This document shows, in pieces, positions 49,176-59,362 of a DNA stretch of 64,000 bases (its first letter is position 1; each line of letters begins with the position of its first letter). The notes beneath the pieces are model-generated. The model searched no databases and had not been told where the DNA came from. It worked only from the letters and a program-made list of their open reading frames with translations. Made by a program: the position numbers and the translations under genes. The stretch comes from Candidatus Moraniibacteriota bacterium (GTDB lineage Bacteria > Patescibacteriota > Minisyncoccia > Moranbacterales > GCA-2747515): assembly GCA_016699795.1 (NCBI GenBank), contig CP065011.1, positions 1,011,449 through 1,075,448 on the forward strand, in the 5' to 3' direction.

Positions 49176-49202
49176 TTAGCAATCTCAAGTCAAGAGTGCT
49201 AA
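49176..49202. promoter_or_regulatory. CIRCE element (HrcA operator)
   Basis: TTAGCAATC-N9-GAGTGCTAA versus consensus TTAGCACTC-N9-GAGTGCTAA (1 mismatch), 45 bp upstream of the groES start. Confidence 0.8.
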
Positions 49203-49531
49203 ATGAATTTAAAAACTATTTTCCCCTTTAATCCCCTATTCATCTTCCATTTTGAATGTACTACACCCTAATTAAACCTTTCTGTACTACAAAAAGTTTC
49301 AATAAGCTCCATAAATAGCATTCTGAATTTAGAGTCTATTTATATTTTCACTAAAAATTATAAAATTTTCATATTATAAAAACAAATTTTTAGCACCCTG
49401 GGAAGTTTTTTATTTTAGATAAGGCGATATTTATTTCATATAATCTTTTTTATTTTTCTTCAAATTCCTTGACGTTGTTGAAAAAGTATTTTAAAATACG
49501 ACTTGTTTAGTCTTATTTAGAATATATTCTC

Positions 49532-49918
49532 ATGCATATATCAGCAAAAACATACTATGGAGTTAAAGCACTTTCCTGCTTAGCCCATTCAAAAAATTCC
49601 ATGAGTATCAAAGAAATTTCTGAAAAAGAAGAGATTCCAGAAGAATATCTTGGTAAGATATTTCAACAACTTCGTCAGGCTGGTTTTATTTCATCCAAAA
49701 GAGGCTCTGGAGGAGGCTACCTTCTTTCTTATCTTCCTACTGAAATATCTCTTCTTGATATTTTTTTAGAATTAGAAGGTTCTTTCTTCGAAATTCCTTG
49801 TTTTGAAGAGTCTGGGTGTAAAAAGGAAAATTCTTGTCAGACAAAAAATCTTTGGAAAAAAATTAATACGACTATACATAACTCTTTAGAAAAGATCTCT
49901 CTTAACGATATTATTTAA
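49532..49918 (+). CDS. Rrf2-family transcriptional regulator (IscR/SufR-like)
   Basis: N-terminal wHTH MHISAKTYYGVKALSCLA..; C-terminal Cys cluster C-x5-C-x5-C; immediately upstream of sufCBD. Confidence 0.75.
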   Translation: MHISAKTYYGVKALSCLAHSKNSMSIKEISEKEEIPEEYLGKIFQQLRQAGFISSKRGSGGGYLLSYLPTEISLLDIFLELEGSFFEIPCFEESGCKKENSCQTKNLWKKINTTIHNSLEKISLNDII

Positions 49919-49930
49919 TTCATTATCTTT

Positions 49931-50659
49931 ATGCTCAAAATTAGTTCCTATTCAGCATTCATTGAACAAAAGCAATTACTCTTTTCTCTTTCTCATACTT
50001 TTAAGAAAGGTAAAGTTCATATTCTTATGGGTCCGAATGGATCAGGAAAATCTACCCTAGCTATGTCTCTTCTGGGAATGAAAAAATTTACCCTCTCACC
50101 AGAATCAAAAGCTTTTTTAGAAACGACGAATCTTCTTGAATTTGAATCTTACAAACGAGTTCAAAAAGGTCTCTTTGTTTCATTTCAGTCGCCACCCTCT
50201 CTTTCTGGAGTTTCTGTATTTCAGATGCTTCGCATTGCTCTTCATGGAAAAATGGAAGCTCTGGCATTAAAAGAAACTATAGAAAAATTCTCCAAAGAAC
50301 TTTCTATTCCTAAAACGCTTCTTTCGCGATCGCTCAATGAAGGCTTTTCTGGTGGAGAAAGGAAAAAAATGGAGCTTCTTCAAATGGCCATCCTTAATCC
50401 TCAATGTGCTCTCTTAGATGAAATTGATACAGGTGTTGATATTGATGCACAAAAAACGATTATTTCTTTTCTTAAAAATTGGCTTTCTCCAGAAAAAACA
50501 CTTCTTATAATAACGCATCATCCTTCTTTTGCAGAAGCCCTTTCTCCTGATTCCGTAACTATACTCAAGAATGGTGAAATAGTTGCTTCAGGAAATGCTA
50601 GTCTTATACAGATTATTAAAGAGAAAGGTTATGATGCAGATTTTTCTTTATCTTTATGA
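49931..50659 (+). CDS. sufC: Fe-S cluster assembly ATPase SufC
   Basis: Walker A GPNGSGKSTL; ABC signature FSGGERKK; Walker B ALLDEIDTG. Confidence 0.9.
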   Translation: MLKISSYSAFIEQKQLLFSLSHTFKKGKVHILMGPNGSGKSTLAMSLLGMKKFTLSPESKAFLETTNLLEFESYKRVQKGLFVSFQSPPSLSGVSVFQMLRIALHGKMEALALKETIEKFSKELSIPKTLLSRSLNEGFSGGERKKMELLQMAILNPQCALLDEIDTGVDIDAQKTIISFLKNWLSPEKTLLIITHHPSFAEALSPDSVTILKNGEIVASGNASLIQIIKEKGYDADFSLSL

Positions 50660-52074
50660 GTAATAATTCTCTCAAAAAAAAGCAATCTCAAGAAACTAAT
50701 TTTGACTACAAATTCGGCTTTTCCATGCCGGAAACTTCTGTAAAAAAAATACAAAAAGGTCTTAATAGTACTATTGTAAAGGAAATTTCAGCATTGAAAC
50801 AAGAACCTGAATGGATGCTCAATATTCGACTTAAGGCATTTGAGCAATTTGAAAATAAACCACTCCCATCTTGGGGAGCGGATCTTTCTCCTATTGATTT
50901 TTCTTCTCTTACTTATTTCTTGAGAGCTACCGAGGGACATGCGAAATCATGGAAAGATCTTCCTCAAGAAATCAAAGAAACATATGATCGTATTGGCGTC
51001 CCCGAAGCGGAAAAAGATTTTCTTGCTGGGGTGAGTGCGCAATATGAATCCGAAGTTGTCTATGAGAGTGTTCAAAAAGAACTTCAAAAACAAGGAGTGC
51101 TCTTTTGTGATATGGACACTGCTCTCAAAAAATATCCCGATATCGTAAAAGAATATTTTGGTTCACTCATTCCTTCTGGTGATAATAAATTTTCAGCACT
51201 CAATACTGCTGTATGGTCTGGAGGATCTTTTGTTTATGTGCCACCAGGAGTTCAAGTAAATCTTCCTCTTCAAGCATATTTTCGAATTAATGCGGAAAGC
51301 TTTGGTCAATTTGAAAGAACGCTTATCATAGCAGATGAAAATTCAAAAGTTCATTATATGGAAGGCTGTACTGCTCCCATTTATAGAACGCAATCTCTTC
51401 ATAGTGCAGTTGTTGAAATATTTGCAAAAAAAGGTTCTCATGTTCGCTATACCACTGTTCAAAACTGGAGTCGAAATATTTATAATTTAGTAACAAAAAG
51501 AGCTAAAGCCGAAGAAGAGGCTCTTATGGAATGGGTTGATTGTAATATTGGATCCAAAGTAACTATGAAATACCCCTCCATTATTCTCGCTGGGAGAAAA
51601 GCTCGGGGAGAGGTTCTTTCTATTTCACTTTCAACAAAAGATCAACACCAAGACACTGGGGCAAAAATGGTACACCTTGCGCCTGAAACATCTTCAAGAA
51701 TTATTGCCAAATCAATTTCCAAAGATGGGGGTAGAGGTTCGTATCGAGGCTTAATTTCAATCTCTCCAAATGCTGAAAATGCATCTTCTTATACATCGTG
51801 CGATGCTCTTATTCTTGATGCTCTTTCTCGATCTGACACCTATCCAAAAATTATGAATAATAGTTCATCAGCACTAACCGAACATGAAGCTACGGTTGAG
51901 AAAATAGGTGAGGAAATGCTTTCCTATCTTTCTTCTCGTGGACTGAATGAATATGAGGCGAAAGGTCTTATTGTAAATGGATTCCTGGAGCCTATCACAA
52001 AGGAAATTCCTTTAGAATACAGCATTGAACTTAATCGTCTTATAACTATGGAAATGGAAGGAAGTATTGGCTAA
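50656..52074 (+). CDS. sufB: Fe-S cluster assembly protein SufB
   Basis: 472 aa with conserved SufB/SufD beta-helix core (..HYMEGCTAPIY..; ..RYTTVQNWS..). Confidence 0.9.
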   Translation: MSNNSLKKKQSQETNFDYKFGFSMPETSVKKIQKGLNSTIVKEISALKQEPEWMLNIRLKAFEQFENKPLPSWGADLSPIDFSSLTYFLRATEGHAKSWKDLPQEIKETYDRIGVPEAEKDFLAGVSAQYESEVVYESVQKELQKQGVLFCDMDTALKKYPDIVKEYFGSLIPSGDNKFSALNTAVWSGGSFVYVPPGVQVNLPLQAYFRINAESFGQFERTLIIADENSKVHYMEGCTAPIYRTQSLHSAVVEIFAKKGSHVRYTTVQNWSRNIYNLVTKRAKAEEEALMEWVDCNIGSKVTMKYPSIILAGRKARGEVLSISLSTKDQHQDTGAKMVHLAPETSSRIIAKSISKDGGRGSYRGLISISPNAENASSYTSCDALILDALSRSDTYPKIMNNSSSALTEHEATVEKIGEEMLSYLSSRGLNEYEAKGLIVNGFLEPITKEIPLEYSIELNRLITMEMEGSIG

Positions 52075-52115
52075 TTTTTTTAAGCATCTTTCATTCTTTT
52101 ACTTACGTATCCCAT

Positions 52116-52673
52116 ATGATTCATTTTCAAGATATCTCTCAAGAAGATAAATGTTATTATCAAATTGTTGATCCTGGTATTTATGTTTATTTTTTTGAAA
52201 ATAAAACAGCTGATATAACATTTTCCATTGAAACTTCCCATGCCTCTGTATGGATATTTGGTATGTATAAAGGAAAAGAAAATGATCATTATTCACTTTC
52301 AACCAAGCAACTCCACAAAGCTTCAAATTCCTCTTCTCATCTCATACTTAAAAGTGCCTTGGAAGATAATTCGAAACTTATTCATAATGCGATTATTCGT
52401 ATCGAAAAAAATGCACTAAAAACAAATGCATCCCTAGAAAGTAAACACCTTCTCCTTGGAAAAGGCGCTCACGCAGAGGCTCAACCAAATTTAGAAATAT
52501 TAGCTGATGATGTTTGTTGTTCTCATGCTGTAACCACATCACCGATACATCCTGATTCTCTTTTCTTTCTTAATACACGAGGCTTATCGTATGAAAAAGC
52601 AAAGAAACTTCTTTCAAAAGGATTTCTCAATGCTCTCCAAGAAAAAATGAATCAAATTCTAGAAAAAAAATGA
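52116..52673 (+). CDS. sufD: short SufD-like protein
   Basis: C-terminal ..AQPNLEILADDVCCSHAVTTSPI..GLSYEKAKKLL matches SufD. At 185 aa it is only about half the usual length. Confidence 0.55.
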   Translation: MIHFQDISQEDKCYYQIVDPGIYVYFFENKTADITFSIETSHASVWIFGMYKGKENDHYSLSTKQLHKASNSSSHLILKSALEDNSKLIHNAIIRIEKNALKTNASLESKHLLLGKGAHAEAQPNLEILADDVCCSHAVTTSPIHPDSLFFLNTRGLSYEKAKKLLSKGFLNALQEKMNQILEKK

Positions 52674-52792
52674 TTTTTTTTCAAAAGACTCCCTTGAAAC
52701 TCTAGAGAAAAAAGAGTATGCTACTCTATATCAAAATATCAAATACTTTTCGTATTAAAAAGAAATTTTGATTTATCTTTTTTTCTTTTTTT

Positions 52793-54319
52793 ATGACACT
52801 CACCTATTCTCCTATCGTTCGACGAATTCTTTTTTTTTCCGTTATAACCATATTTTTTCTTAGCAGTACCGTTCTTATTATTCACAGTTTTGGTTATAGA
52901 TATAGCTTTGAAAAAGGTATATTTATCTACACAGGATCTATCACACTCAAAACAAATCCCCAACAAGTAACCATAGATATAAACGGAGAAGGTTTAGAAA
53001 AAAGTAAAAAATTAAATTATATAAATTCATCACAACAAATCAATTCACTGCGACCAGGAAAATATCATCTTGATATTAAGTCGCCCGGATTTCAAACATG
53101 GTCCAAAAATATAATTGTAGAGAGTGGGAAATCTACAGAATTTTGGAACGTTCTTCTTCCTCGAGAAACGTATGAAACACAAGATATTGATCTTCAAAAT
53201 ATTATCGGGATGTATCCATCTCCAAATTCAGATGAAGTTGCTGTAGCACGATTTAATGGAGAAGAATTTTCTATTGACATTTTAGATACCGATACACTTT
53301 TGGCAGAAAAAATATTCTCTTCCACCACCTACACACGTCCCGAGGAATGGAAACATAATATAGAATGGTCCCCTGATAACGAAATGCTTTTAATTCCAGT
53401 CGTTCCTATTCCTGAAAAAAACAATCAAGATGTGCACTTTACTACCGAAGAACAACTTCCTAGTGAAATACTCTTATTAGATCGAGAAACAAATCAATCT
53501 CAACAACTTTCAAGTCTTTTCCTTCCCGACTCATCTATGAAAAGATCATTTTATGATATTCGTTGGGGATCAGGAAATAATGACATCTACAGCATATCAG
53601 GAACATCTCTCATTGTTCTCGAAGAGAAAGGTTCTCGAGAATGGGAAAGAAGGGTTATTTTTGAAAATGTTCTCTCTTTTAATTTTACCGCTTCTCATAT
53701 TTATCTCCTCAAAGAGAATGGCATGATTTATGAGGTAAATAAAGACTTTGAAGATGAGCGCCAAGTAACAACATCCCAACCACAAGAATTCGATTCGAAA
53801 TCAAGAATTTCTCTTGTGATGTATGATGAGCATAGAGGAGCTATACATTCTCAGGAAGGAAAACTTTGGATATGGAATAAAGGAAAAAAAGGTAATTATT
53901 TTCATCTTCAAAAAGAAAACATACAAGGAACTCAATTTTCTAATGATGGAAAGAAGATTCTTTTTTGGAGTGATACTGCTATCTGGGTTTACTTCACAAG
54001 AGATTGGGAATCTCAACCAAATAGAGAAGAAAACACATTTATTAAGATTGCAAATTTTCTCTCTCCCATCTCAAATATTTCTTGGATGAAACAATATGAA
54101 CATATATTATACACATTCCAAGGAAGTTTATATGTAGTAGAACTTGATCAACGTGATCGAAGGATCACCTCAAAACTTTCTCCAAGTCTTTCTGAAAAAC
54201 CCATCATACTTCAAATATTTAATAAGGATATGGTATTCTTTTCAAAACCAAATGAAACTAATGGAAATATCCTTTCTTCTTTTCTCTTTCCTGAAGAAAT
54301 CACCTTTTTTGGATTTTAA
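52793..54319 (+). CDS. PEGA-domain membrane-anchored protein with a C-terminal beta-propeller-like region
   Basis: N-terminal TM, then TLKTNPQQVTIDINGE..KYHLDIKSPGFQTWSKNIIVESGKS (PEGA signature). Confidence 0.5.
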   Translation: MTLTYSPIVRRILFFSVITIFFLSSTVLIIHSFGYRYSFEKGIFIYTGSITLKTNPQQVTIDINGEGLEKSKKLNYINSSQQINSLRPGKYHLDIKSPGFQTWSKNIIVESGKSTEFWNVLLPRETYETQDIDLQNIIGMYPSPNSDEVAVARFNGEEFSIDILDTDTLLAEKIFSSTTYTRPEEWKHNIEWSPDNEMLLIPVVPIPEKNNQDVHFTTEEQLPSEILLLDRETNQSQQLSSLFLPDSSMKRSFYDIRWGSGNNDIYSISGTSLIVLEEKGSREWERRVIFENVLSFNFTASHIYLLKENGMIYEVNKDFEDERQVTTSQPQEFDSKSRISLVMYDEHRGAIHSQEGKLWIWNKGKKGNYFHLQKENIQGTQFSNDGKKILFWSDTAIWVYFTRDWESQPNREENTFIKIANFLSPISNISWMKQYEHILYTFQGSLYVVELDQRDRRITSKLSPSLSEKPIILQIFNKDMVFFSKPNETNGNILSSFLFPEEITFFGF

Positions 54320-54328
54320 AAGCCTTTA

Positions 54329-56173
54329 TTAACGAGAAGATTCTTCCCACTCCCTTCTTTGTTTTTCTATTTCCTCCTTGAGCTCCTTATTATATTTTTC
54401 CACCGCTTTATTTATTTTTTCTGCTAAATTTTTTTGTTCTTTATCTAAAGTTTCTTGAGTTTCTATGAATTTAGTTTCTTCCTCCGTTAACCATTCATTC
54501 TTTTTCATACGATCCAGTATGCGCTGAATATGAATAATTCTGGTATTCATAATTTCATTTATTCTTTGTATATCTTTTTTATTTTCCTTATATATTGAAG
54601 AATTTTTATCTATATTTTTCCAACCAGGCTGAATTTCCTTAATACCTTTTAAAGATTTCTCCCAACCTTCAATAATTTCTAAAGTATAATGAGGCGGTAT
54701 ATATCCCGCAACGTGTTGTATGATAATTTGGGTTGGACAACCATTAAGACTTCCTTGAATAACAGCGATACCAATCTCCTCTTTTCGATCATCGAAAAAA
54801 AATTCCTCATTATCAGAAAAGGAAAAAATATGCTCAATTAATTCCGTAGATTCATAATATCCCAAAGTAAAAGATTCTCCCCAAATAATATTAGAATAAC
54901 CAACATCAGACATTGCTTGTTTCATAGTATAGTTATTTTCTTTTTCTTCAAATGAAAAATCTCCACTTTCAAGAATAGCTTTTCCTCGTAAAGAAGCTGA
55001 TTTAGCAAGAAGTGGCTGATATTGAAGAGGTTTTGCTCCTCGGGAAATTCTTCGTACATTAATTTCCTGAACATATTTTTCAATATCAAAAAATATTTTT
55101 GCCGTCTCTTCCAAATCATAAGAGGGATCATGCCAAAACGTATCATACACTCCTTTTTGTTTATTATAAGGTAAAACATGATCTATATCCGAAAGATCAA
55201 TAAAACCCAAATTAAAACGAGAATCATTACTTCCCTTTCGATTATCACCCATAACAAAAAGTTTATTCTTTGGAATAACTATCTCCTGACATTCCTGAAG
55301 AAACGGCCCTCCGAATGTTGATCGAGCTTTCGCTACATAAGGCTCTTTCTGAGCCTCCCCATTTCTAAAAAAGATTCCATCACGAATCTCTATTCTATCC
55401 CCTTCCAATGCTACAACACGTTTAACAAATCCTCCGTCTAAAGATGTATAATTTTTCTGAGAGATTTCTTTTGTTTTTTCATTTGAAAATGTTACGATAT
55501 CACCCCTCTCTATAGGGCGAAAAAAGAAATCATTTCCCTTAAATTCAAAACCGGAAGGATATCTTAGCATAGGAACAACAGCGACCGTTTGTTGAGAAAG
55601 TAAGATTGGATCTGTCCCCTGACCCTTAGGAAAGGTAGGAAACATTGAACCTGTTCCTGCTATAGATTGCTCATCTTTTGTTATATCTAAGGTATCTTGA
55701 ATCCAGAAAGTTGCTTGCACATAACCTGCAAGCCAAATAGGAAATAAACAGAAAAAAACATATCCAAGAAGAAAAGTATAAAAAAGAAATGGATGAGATT
55801 GAAAACGCTTTAGTTGAAAAGAACGAGTTTTTCTTCGCGAAAATAAAGACTGTATAATTTTCCAAAAAAGAAAAAATGGGAGCGTATAAAGAAGAAAAAA
55901 ACTCAAAAAAGAAGAAAGGTATACCTTCTTTTTTTTAGCTTTTATTTTAAAAAGAGTGTCTACTCTTCTTAAAAGATCAATAATAAACAAGAATAAAAAA
56001 AATAAGAAAGCTATTTTTAAAAGAAAACTAGTATTCTGAAAATAAGAAGTATAATTCAAAAATATATCTCGATGTTGTAAAGAAGATAGAAGCCATAACC
56101 ATGAAAAACTAGAAAGGAAAAAAGAATAAAGAATAAAAAAAACATTTCTCAAAAAAAGAAAAATACTACGCAT
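54329..56173 (-). CDS. lepB: signal peptidase I with extended N-terminal TM region and about 280-aa C-terminal extension
   Basis: SPase I boxes: GTGSMFPTF (box B, catalytic Ser), RGDIVTF (box C), VKRVVALEGD (box D), GDNRKGSNDSRF (box E). Coiled-coil/lysine-rich C-terminus. Confidence 0.75.
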   Translation of the reverse strand: MRSIFLFLRNVFFILYSFFLSSFSWLWLLSSLQHRDIFLNYTSYFQNTSFLLKIAFLFFLFLFIIDLLRRVDTLFKIKAKKKKVYLSSFLSFFLLYTLPFFLFWKIIQSLFSRRKTRSFQLKRFQSHPFLFYTFLLGYVFFCLFPIWLAGYVQATFWIQDTLDITKDEQSIAGTGSMFPTFPKGQGTDPILLSQQTVAVVPMLRYPSGFEFKGNDFFFRPIERGDIVTFSNEKTKEISQKNYTSLDGGFVKRVVALEGDRIEIRDGIFFRNGEAQKEPYVAKARSTFGGPFLQECQEIVIPKNKLFVMGDNRKGSNDSRFNLGFIDLSDIDHVLPYNKQKGVYDTFWHDPSYDLEETAKIFFDIEKYVQEINVRRISRGAKPLQYQPLLAKSASLRGKAILESGDFSFEEKENNYTMKQAMSDVGYSNIIWGESFTLGYYESTELIEHIFSFSDNEEFFFDDRKEEIGIAVIQGSLNGCPTQIIIQHVAGYIPPHYTLEIIEGWEKSLKGIKEIQPGWKNIDKNSSIYKENKKDIQRINEIMNTRIIHIQRILDRMKKNEWLTEEETKFIETQETLDKEQKNLAEKINKAVEKYNKELKEEIEKQRREWEESSR

Positions 56174-56304
56174 AATAAAAACAAAGAAAAGCGGATTTTT
56201 TAATTTCTTTTTTAATTGTACAGAAAATAAAACTGAGAGTAAAGAAAAGCACTCTTTGTTTTTAACGCAGAGTGCTTATGAAAGAGAATATCTCAGATGA
56301 ATCT

Positions 56305-56676
56305 TCACTTGAGATATTCAAAGGTTATTTTTATGGAATCGCCCAATTTAAGACCGCGTATCATTCCTCCTCGAGAAAGAAAAGAAATTGATCTCCCTGC
56401 AAGCATCGAATGATTTTTGAGAATTCCATGAGATGCTCGAGAAGAAAAAACTATAGTATTGTTTTCAAATCGAATTTCCAAATTTGAATTATTAGGAAAA
56501 ATATATTCCATAAAATTCTTTGGAAACCCAACTGATTGAAAAAAATCTGAATTAAGAGCAATGCTCGACCTTTTTTTCTCTTCATGAAAAACGGTTCGAA
56601 AATCATTATTCTCTCCTCGAATTTCTATATAAATCATGATCAATACTCCCCTACTTTGTATGAACAAACCTATCAC
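56305..56676 (-). CDS. hypothetical protein
   Basis: ORF only; no recognisable motif; the start may be an internal Met. Confidence 0.3.
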   Translation of the reverse strand: MIGLFIQSRGVLIMIYIEIRGENNDFRTVFHEEKKRSSIALNSDFFQSVGFPKNFMEYIFPNNSNLEIRFENNTIVFSSRASHGILKNHSMLAGRSISFLSRGGMIRGLKLGDSIKITFEYLK

Positions 56677-56825
56677 CCTTCATTGAAGATGATGTTTTCT
56701 TCATAACACGAAATGTCAACTTATCCAAATTTATAAAATAACATACTCCTATAAAGAAAAATTTCTCTTTGTTAAGAATCTACTTTATTTTCATTTTCTT
56801 CGGTCATATTGAATAGTTGGATAGC

Positions 56826-56858
56826 AAAAAAAACGGACATAACCTATGTCCGTTTTTT
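56826..56858. terminator. Rho-independent terminator (AAAACGGACATAacctATGTCCGTTTTTT), 3' of the KH gene
   Basis: 12-bp stem plus T-run on both strands. Confidence 0.8.
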
Positions 56859-56904
56859 AAAAATGTTCAACAAAAGTCAAGATTTTTTGTTTATAAAGAA
56901 GACT

Positions 56905-57381
56905 CTATATCTGAATGTCATTAACAACATCATCAAGACTACGTTTTTCTTCTTCTTTTGGAAATTCACGACGTCGCTCTTCCCGTTTATCTTCTCGTTT
57001 GTCATCTCTTCTATCTTCCCGTTTGTCTTCTCGTTTCTCTCGAGTTGATCCTTCTGGTTCATTTATTTTGAGATTAACACGAGCATTGTGTCTAGCTCCA
57101 ATAACTCGAAGCAAGGTTCGAAGTGCTTTTGCAGTAGCGCCATCTCTCCCAATAATCATACCCATATCTTGAGCATTTACATCAAGGGTTATGAGTACTC
57201 CCATTTCATCTATTCTTCTCTCCACTTTAACATCGTCTGGGTGATCCACAAGTAATTTGGAAATGAATTCCACGAACTCTTTATCCGTATATTTTTCTTC
57301 AGTCATGGCTGTAATTGTTAGATTATTATCTTTCTCTTTTTGCTTCGGAGGCGGTTCGACCCCCACACTCTCGAGACTCAT
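56905..57381 (-). CDS. KH-domain RNA-binding protein (KhpA-like) with RE/KRED-repeat tail
   Basis: ..GVLITLDVNAQDMGMIIGRDGATAKALRTLLRVIGARHNARVNLKI (type-II KH GxxG), then REDKREDRRDDKREDKREERRRE. Confidence 0.65.
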   Translation of the reverse strand: MSLESVGVEPPPKQKEKDNNLTITAMTEEKYTDKEFVEFISKLLVDHPDDVKVERRIDEMGVLITLDVNAQDMGMIIGRDGATAKALRTLLRVIGARHNARVNLKINEPEGSTREKREDKREDRRDDKREDKREERRREFPKEEEKRSLDDVVNDIQI

Positions 57382-57431
57382 ACAATGCTATTGTATAAAA
57401 AGGCACTCCATAGTGTCAAACTCTCAAAATA

Positions 57432-59156
57432 TTAATTCACAATATCTTCTAAATAACGCCTTAATTCTTCCACTGAATAAGGACTACCATCATATTTTAC
57501 TATGAGATGATCAGGCTTTCTTTCCACTTCCTTAAAAAGAATATCAGCGAATTGTCCCGTCATATTATTTTCTATAATGATAATTTTTTCAGCAGAAAGT
57601 ATTCTTCTCTGTATTTCTTCTCCGAGAGGATAAACTTGGTTTACATGAAGATACCCAATATGATTATTCTGTAAAGATTCTAATGCTTCTGAGATAACCC
57701 CATATGTTGAGCCCCATCCTATAACAAGAAAAGCGTCATGATTAGATCCTTTATATACAGGATCGAGAACATCTTTTTTTAAAAGCTCCAAGCGATACAT
57801 TCTTTTCTCCATCATGCGATTTCTCATTTCCTCATCTTCAATAATACGTCCGTCCTCATCATGTTCATCACTATCAACATGAACAAAGCCATCGCCAAAA
57901 CCAGGAATACCTCGAGGGGAAAGTCCGTCAGAAGTAAATGCATATCGCTTATAAGAACTTTCTGTTTCTATAAAATATTTTTGAGGCTTTTGTTCAAATG
58001 AAAAAATTTCCGCATTAGACTCATATCGAGAATCCAAAAGGAAAGTATCGGTCATAACTATTACAGGAATCTGATATTTGTCAGCTAAATCAAAAGCTTT
58101 TTTTCCGCAAACAAAACATTCTTCCGGTGTTCCAGGAGTTAATATTGCGCGCGGAAACGTTCCATGGCCTGTATGTAGGGCGAAATCAAGATCTCCTTGT
58201 TCTGTCCTCGTTGGGAGTCCTGTTGCCGGCCCTGGTCTTTGGGCTAAATGAATAACTACAGGACTTTCGGTCATACCCGAAAGAGACATACTTTCAGCCA
58301 TAAGAGCGAAGCCACCACCGGATGTTGTTACTAATGCTCGAGCACCTCCAAACCATGCCCCTAGGGCCATATTTATGGCCGTGATTTCATCTTCGACTTG
58401 TTCTACCGCCAAAGGTATTTTTTGAGAATATTCTGCCATAAGCGTAAGAACTGCTGTTGCAGGAGACATGGGATAGGATGAAATAAAATTACAACCTCCA
58501 GCCAAAGATCCTAATGCTATACCTTCAGATCCATTTAAAAACATAGTATTCTTTTTTTCATTCTTTTTTTCAAAAGAAAAAGTTGTTTCCTCTAATTCAC
58601 TTCGGACTTTTTCACCGAGAATTCTTCCTTTTGTAGCTGCTAAGATATTTTTTTCTACAATATCCTCTCCTTTCTTAGCAAAAATATTTTTTAAATAAGA
58701 AAGAAATTTTTTATTATCAATATTAAAAATAGCAAGAATCATCCCCGCTACAATAGTGTTCATAAAGACTTTGCCTCCCACTAAATCAGCAGTTTCTTCC
58801 AAAGGAATAAAAAAAATATTTTTTTCAGCTTTTATTTTTTCCTTAACAAATAGAGGATCCACTATAATAATTGTTTCTTCATCAAAACGATACGCCAATC
58901 GTTCAAAAGAGGCTTCGTCCAAAAGAAAGGCGATATCAATTTTTTTTACAAATGCTTTTCTTGGAATTTCACCAATTCTCATTTCTACAGAATTACTTCC
59001 TCCACGAACTCTTGACATATATTCACTTGTCGAGAAAACGTGAATTCCCTCTTGTTGAAAAAACATAGCGATTATCTTTTCAACCGTTTGAAGTCCTTGA
59101 CCTGCACTACCACCCAGAACAATTGAGATATCTTTCTTTTTTGTTACATTATCCAT
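57432..59156 (-). CDS. 2-oxoacid:ferredoxin oxidoreductase, fused gamma/alpha subunit
   Basis: N-terminal gamma-like GGSAGQGLQT..RGGSNS; alpha domains ..GSEGIALGSLAGGCNFISSYPMSPAT.. and TPP-family core. No beta subunit gene is adjacent. Confidence 0.8.
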   Translation of the reverse strand: MDNVTKKKDISIVLGGSAGQGLQTVEKIIAMFFQQEGIHVFSTSEYMSRVRGGSNSVEMRIGEIPRKAFVKKIDIAFLLDEASFERLAYRFDEETIIIVDPLFVKEKIKAEKNIFFIPLEETADLVGGKVFMNTIVAGMILAIFNIDNKKFLSYLKNIFAKKGEDIVEKNILAATKGRILGEKVRSELEETTFSFEKKNEKKNTMFLNGSEGIALGSLAGGCNFISSYPMSPATAVLTLMAEYSQKIPLAVEQVEDEITAINMALGAWFGGARALVTTSGGGFALMAESMSLSGMTESPVVIHLAQRPGPATGLPTRTEQGDLDFALHTGHGTFPRAILTPGTPEECFVCGKKAFDLADKYQIPVIVMTDTFLLDSRYESNAEIFSFEQKPQKYFIETESSYKRYAFTSDGLSPRGIPGFGDGFVHVDSDEHDEDGRIIEDEEMRNRMMEKRMYRLELLKKDVLDPVYKGSNHDAFLVIGWGSTYGVISEALESLQNNHIGYLHVNQVYPLGEEIQRRILSAEKIIIIENNMTGQFADILFKEVERKPDHLIVKYDGSPYSVEELRRYLEDIVN

Positions 59157-59362
59157 ACAATTCTCTTTTCTAAAACATTATATTTTCTAGTATAGCACAA
59201 AAGATCTTGTGTGTAGTATTACGCAGGTAATGACAAGCCTCCCCAAAACACACTCCTTTCTTCAAAAAAGACTCTTCCCTCAGGAAGAATCTTCTGTTCT
59301 AAGTTTTTGTATTTTTGTACTTTACTTTTTTACCTTGTTAGTTTCTTACGTTTTTGTACTCT

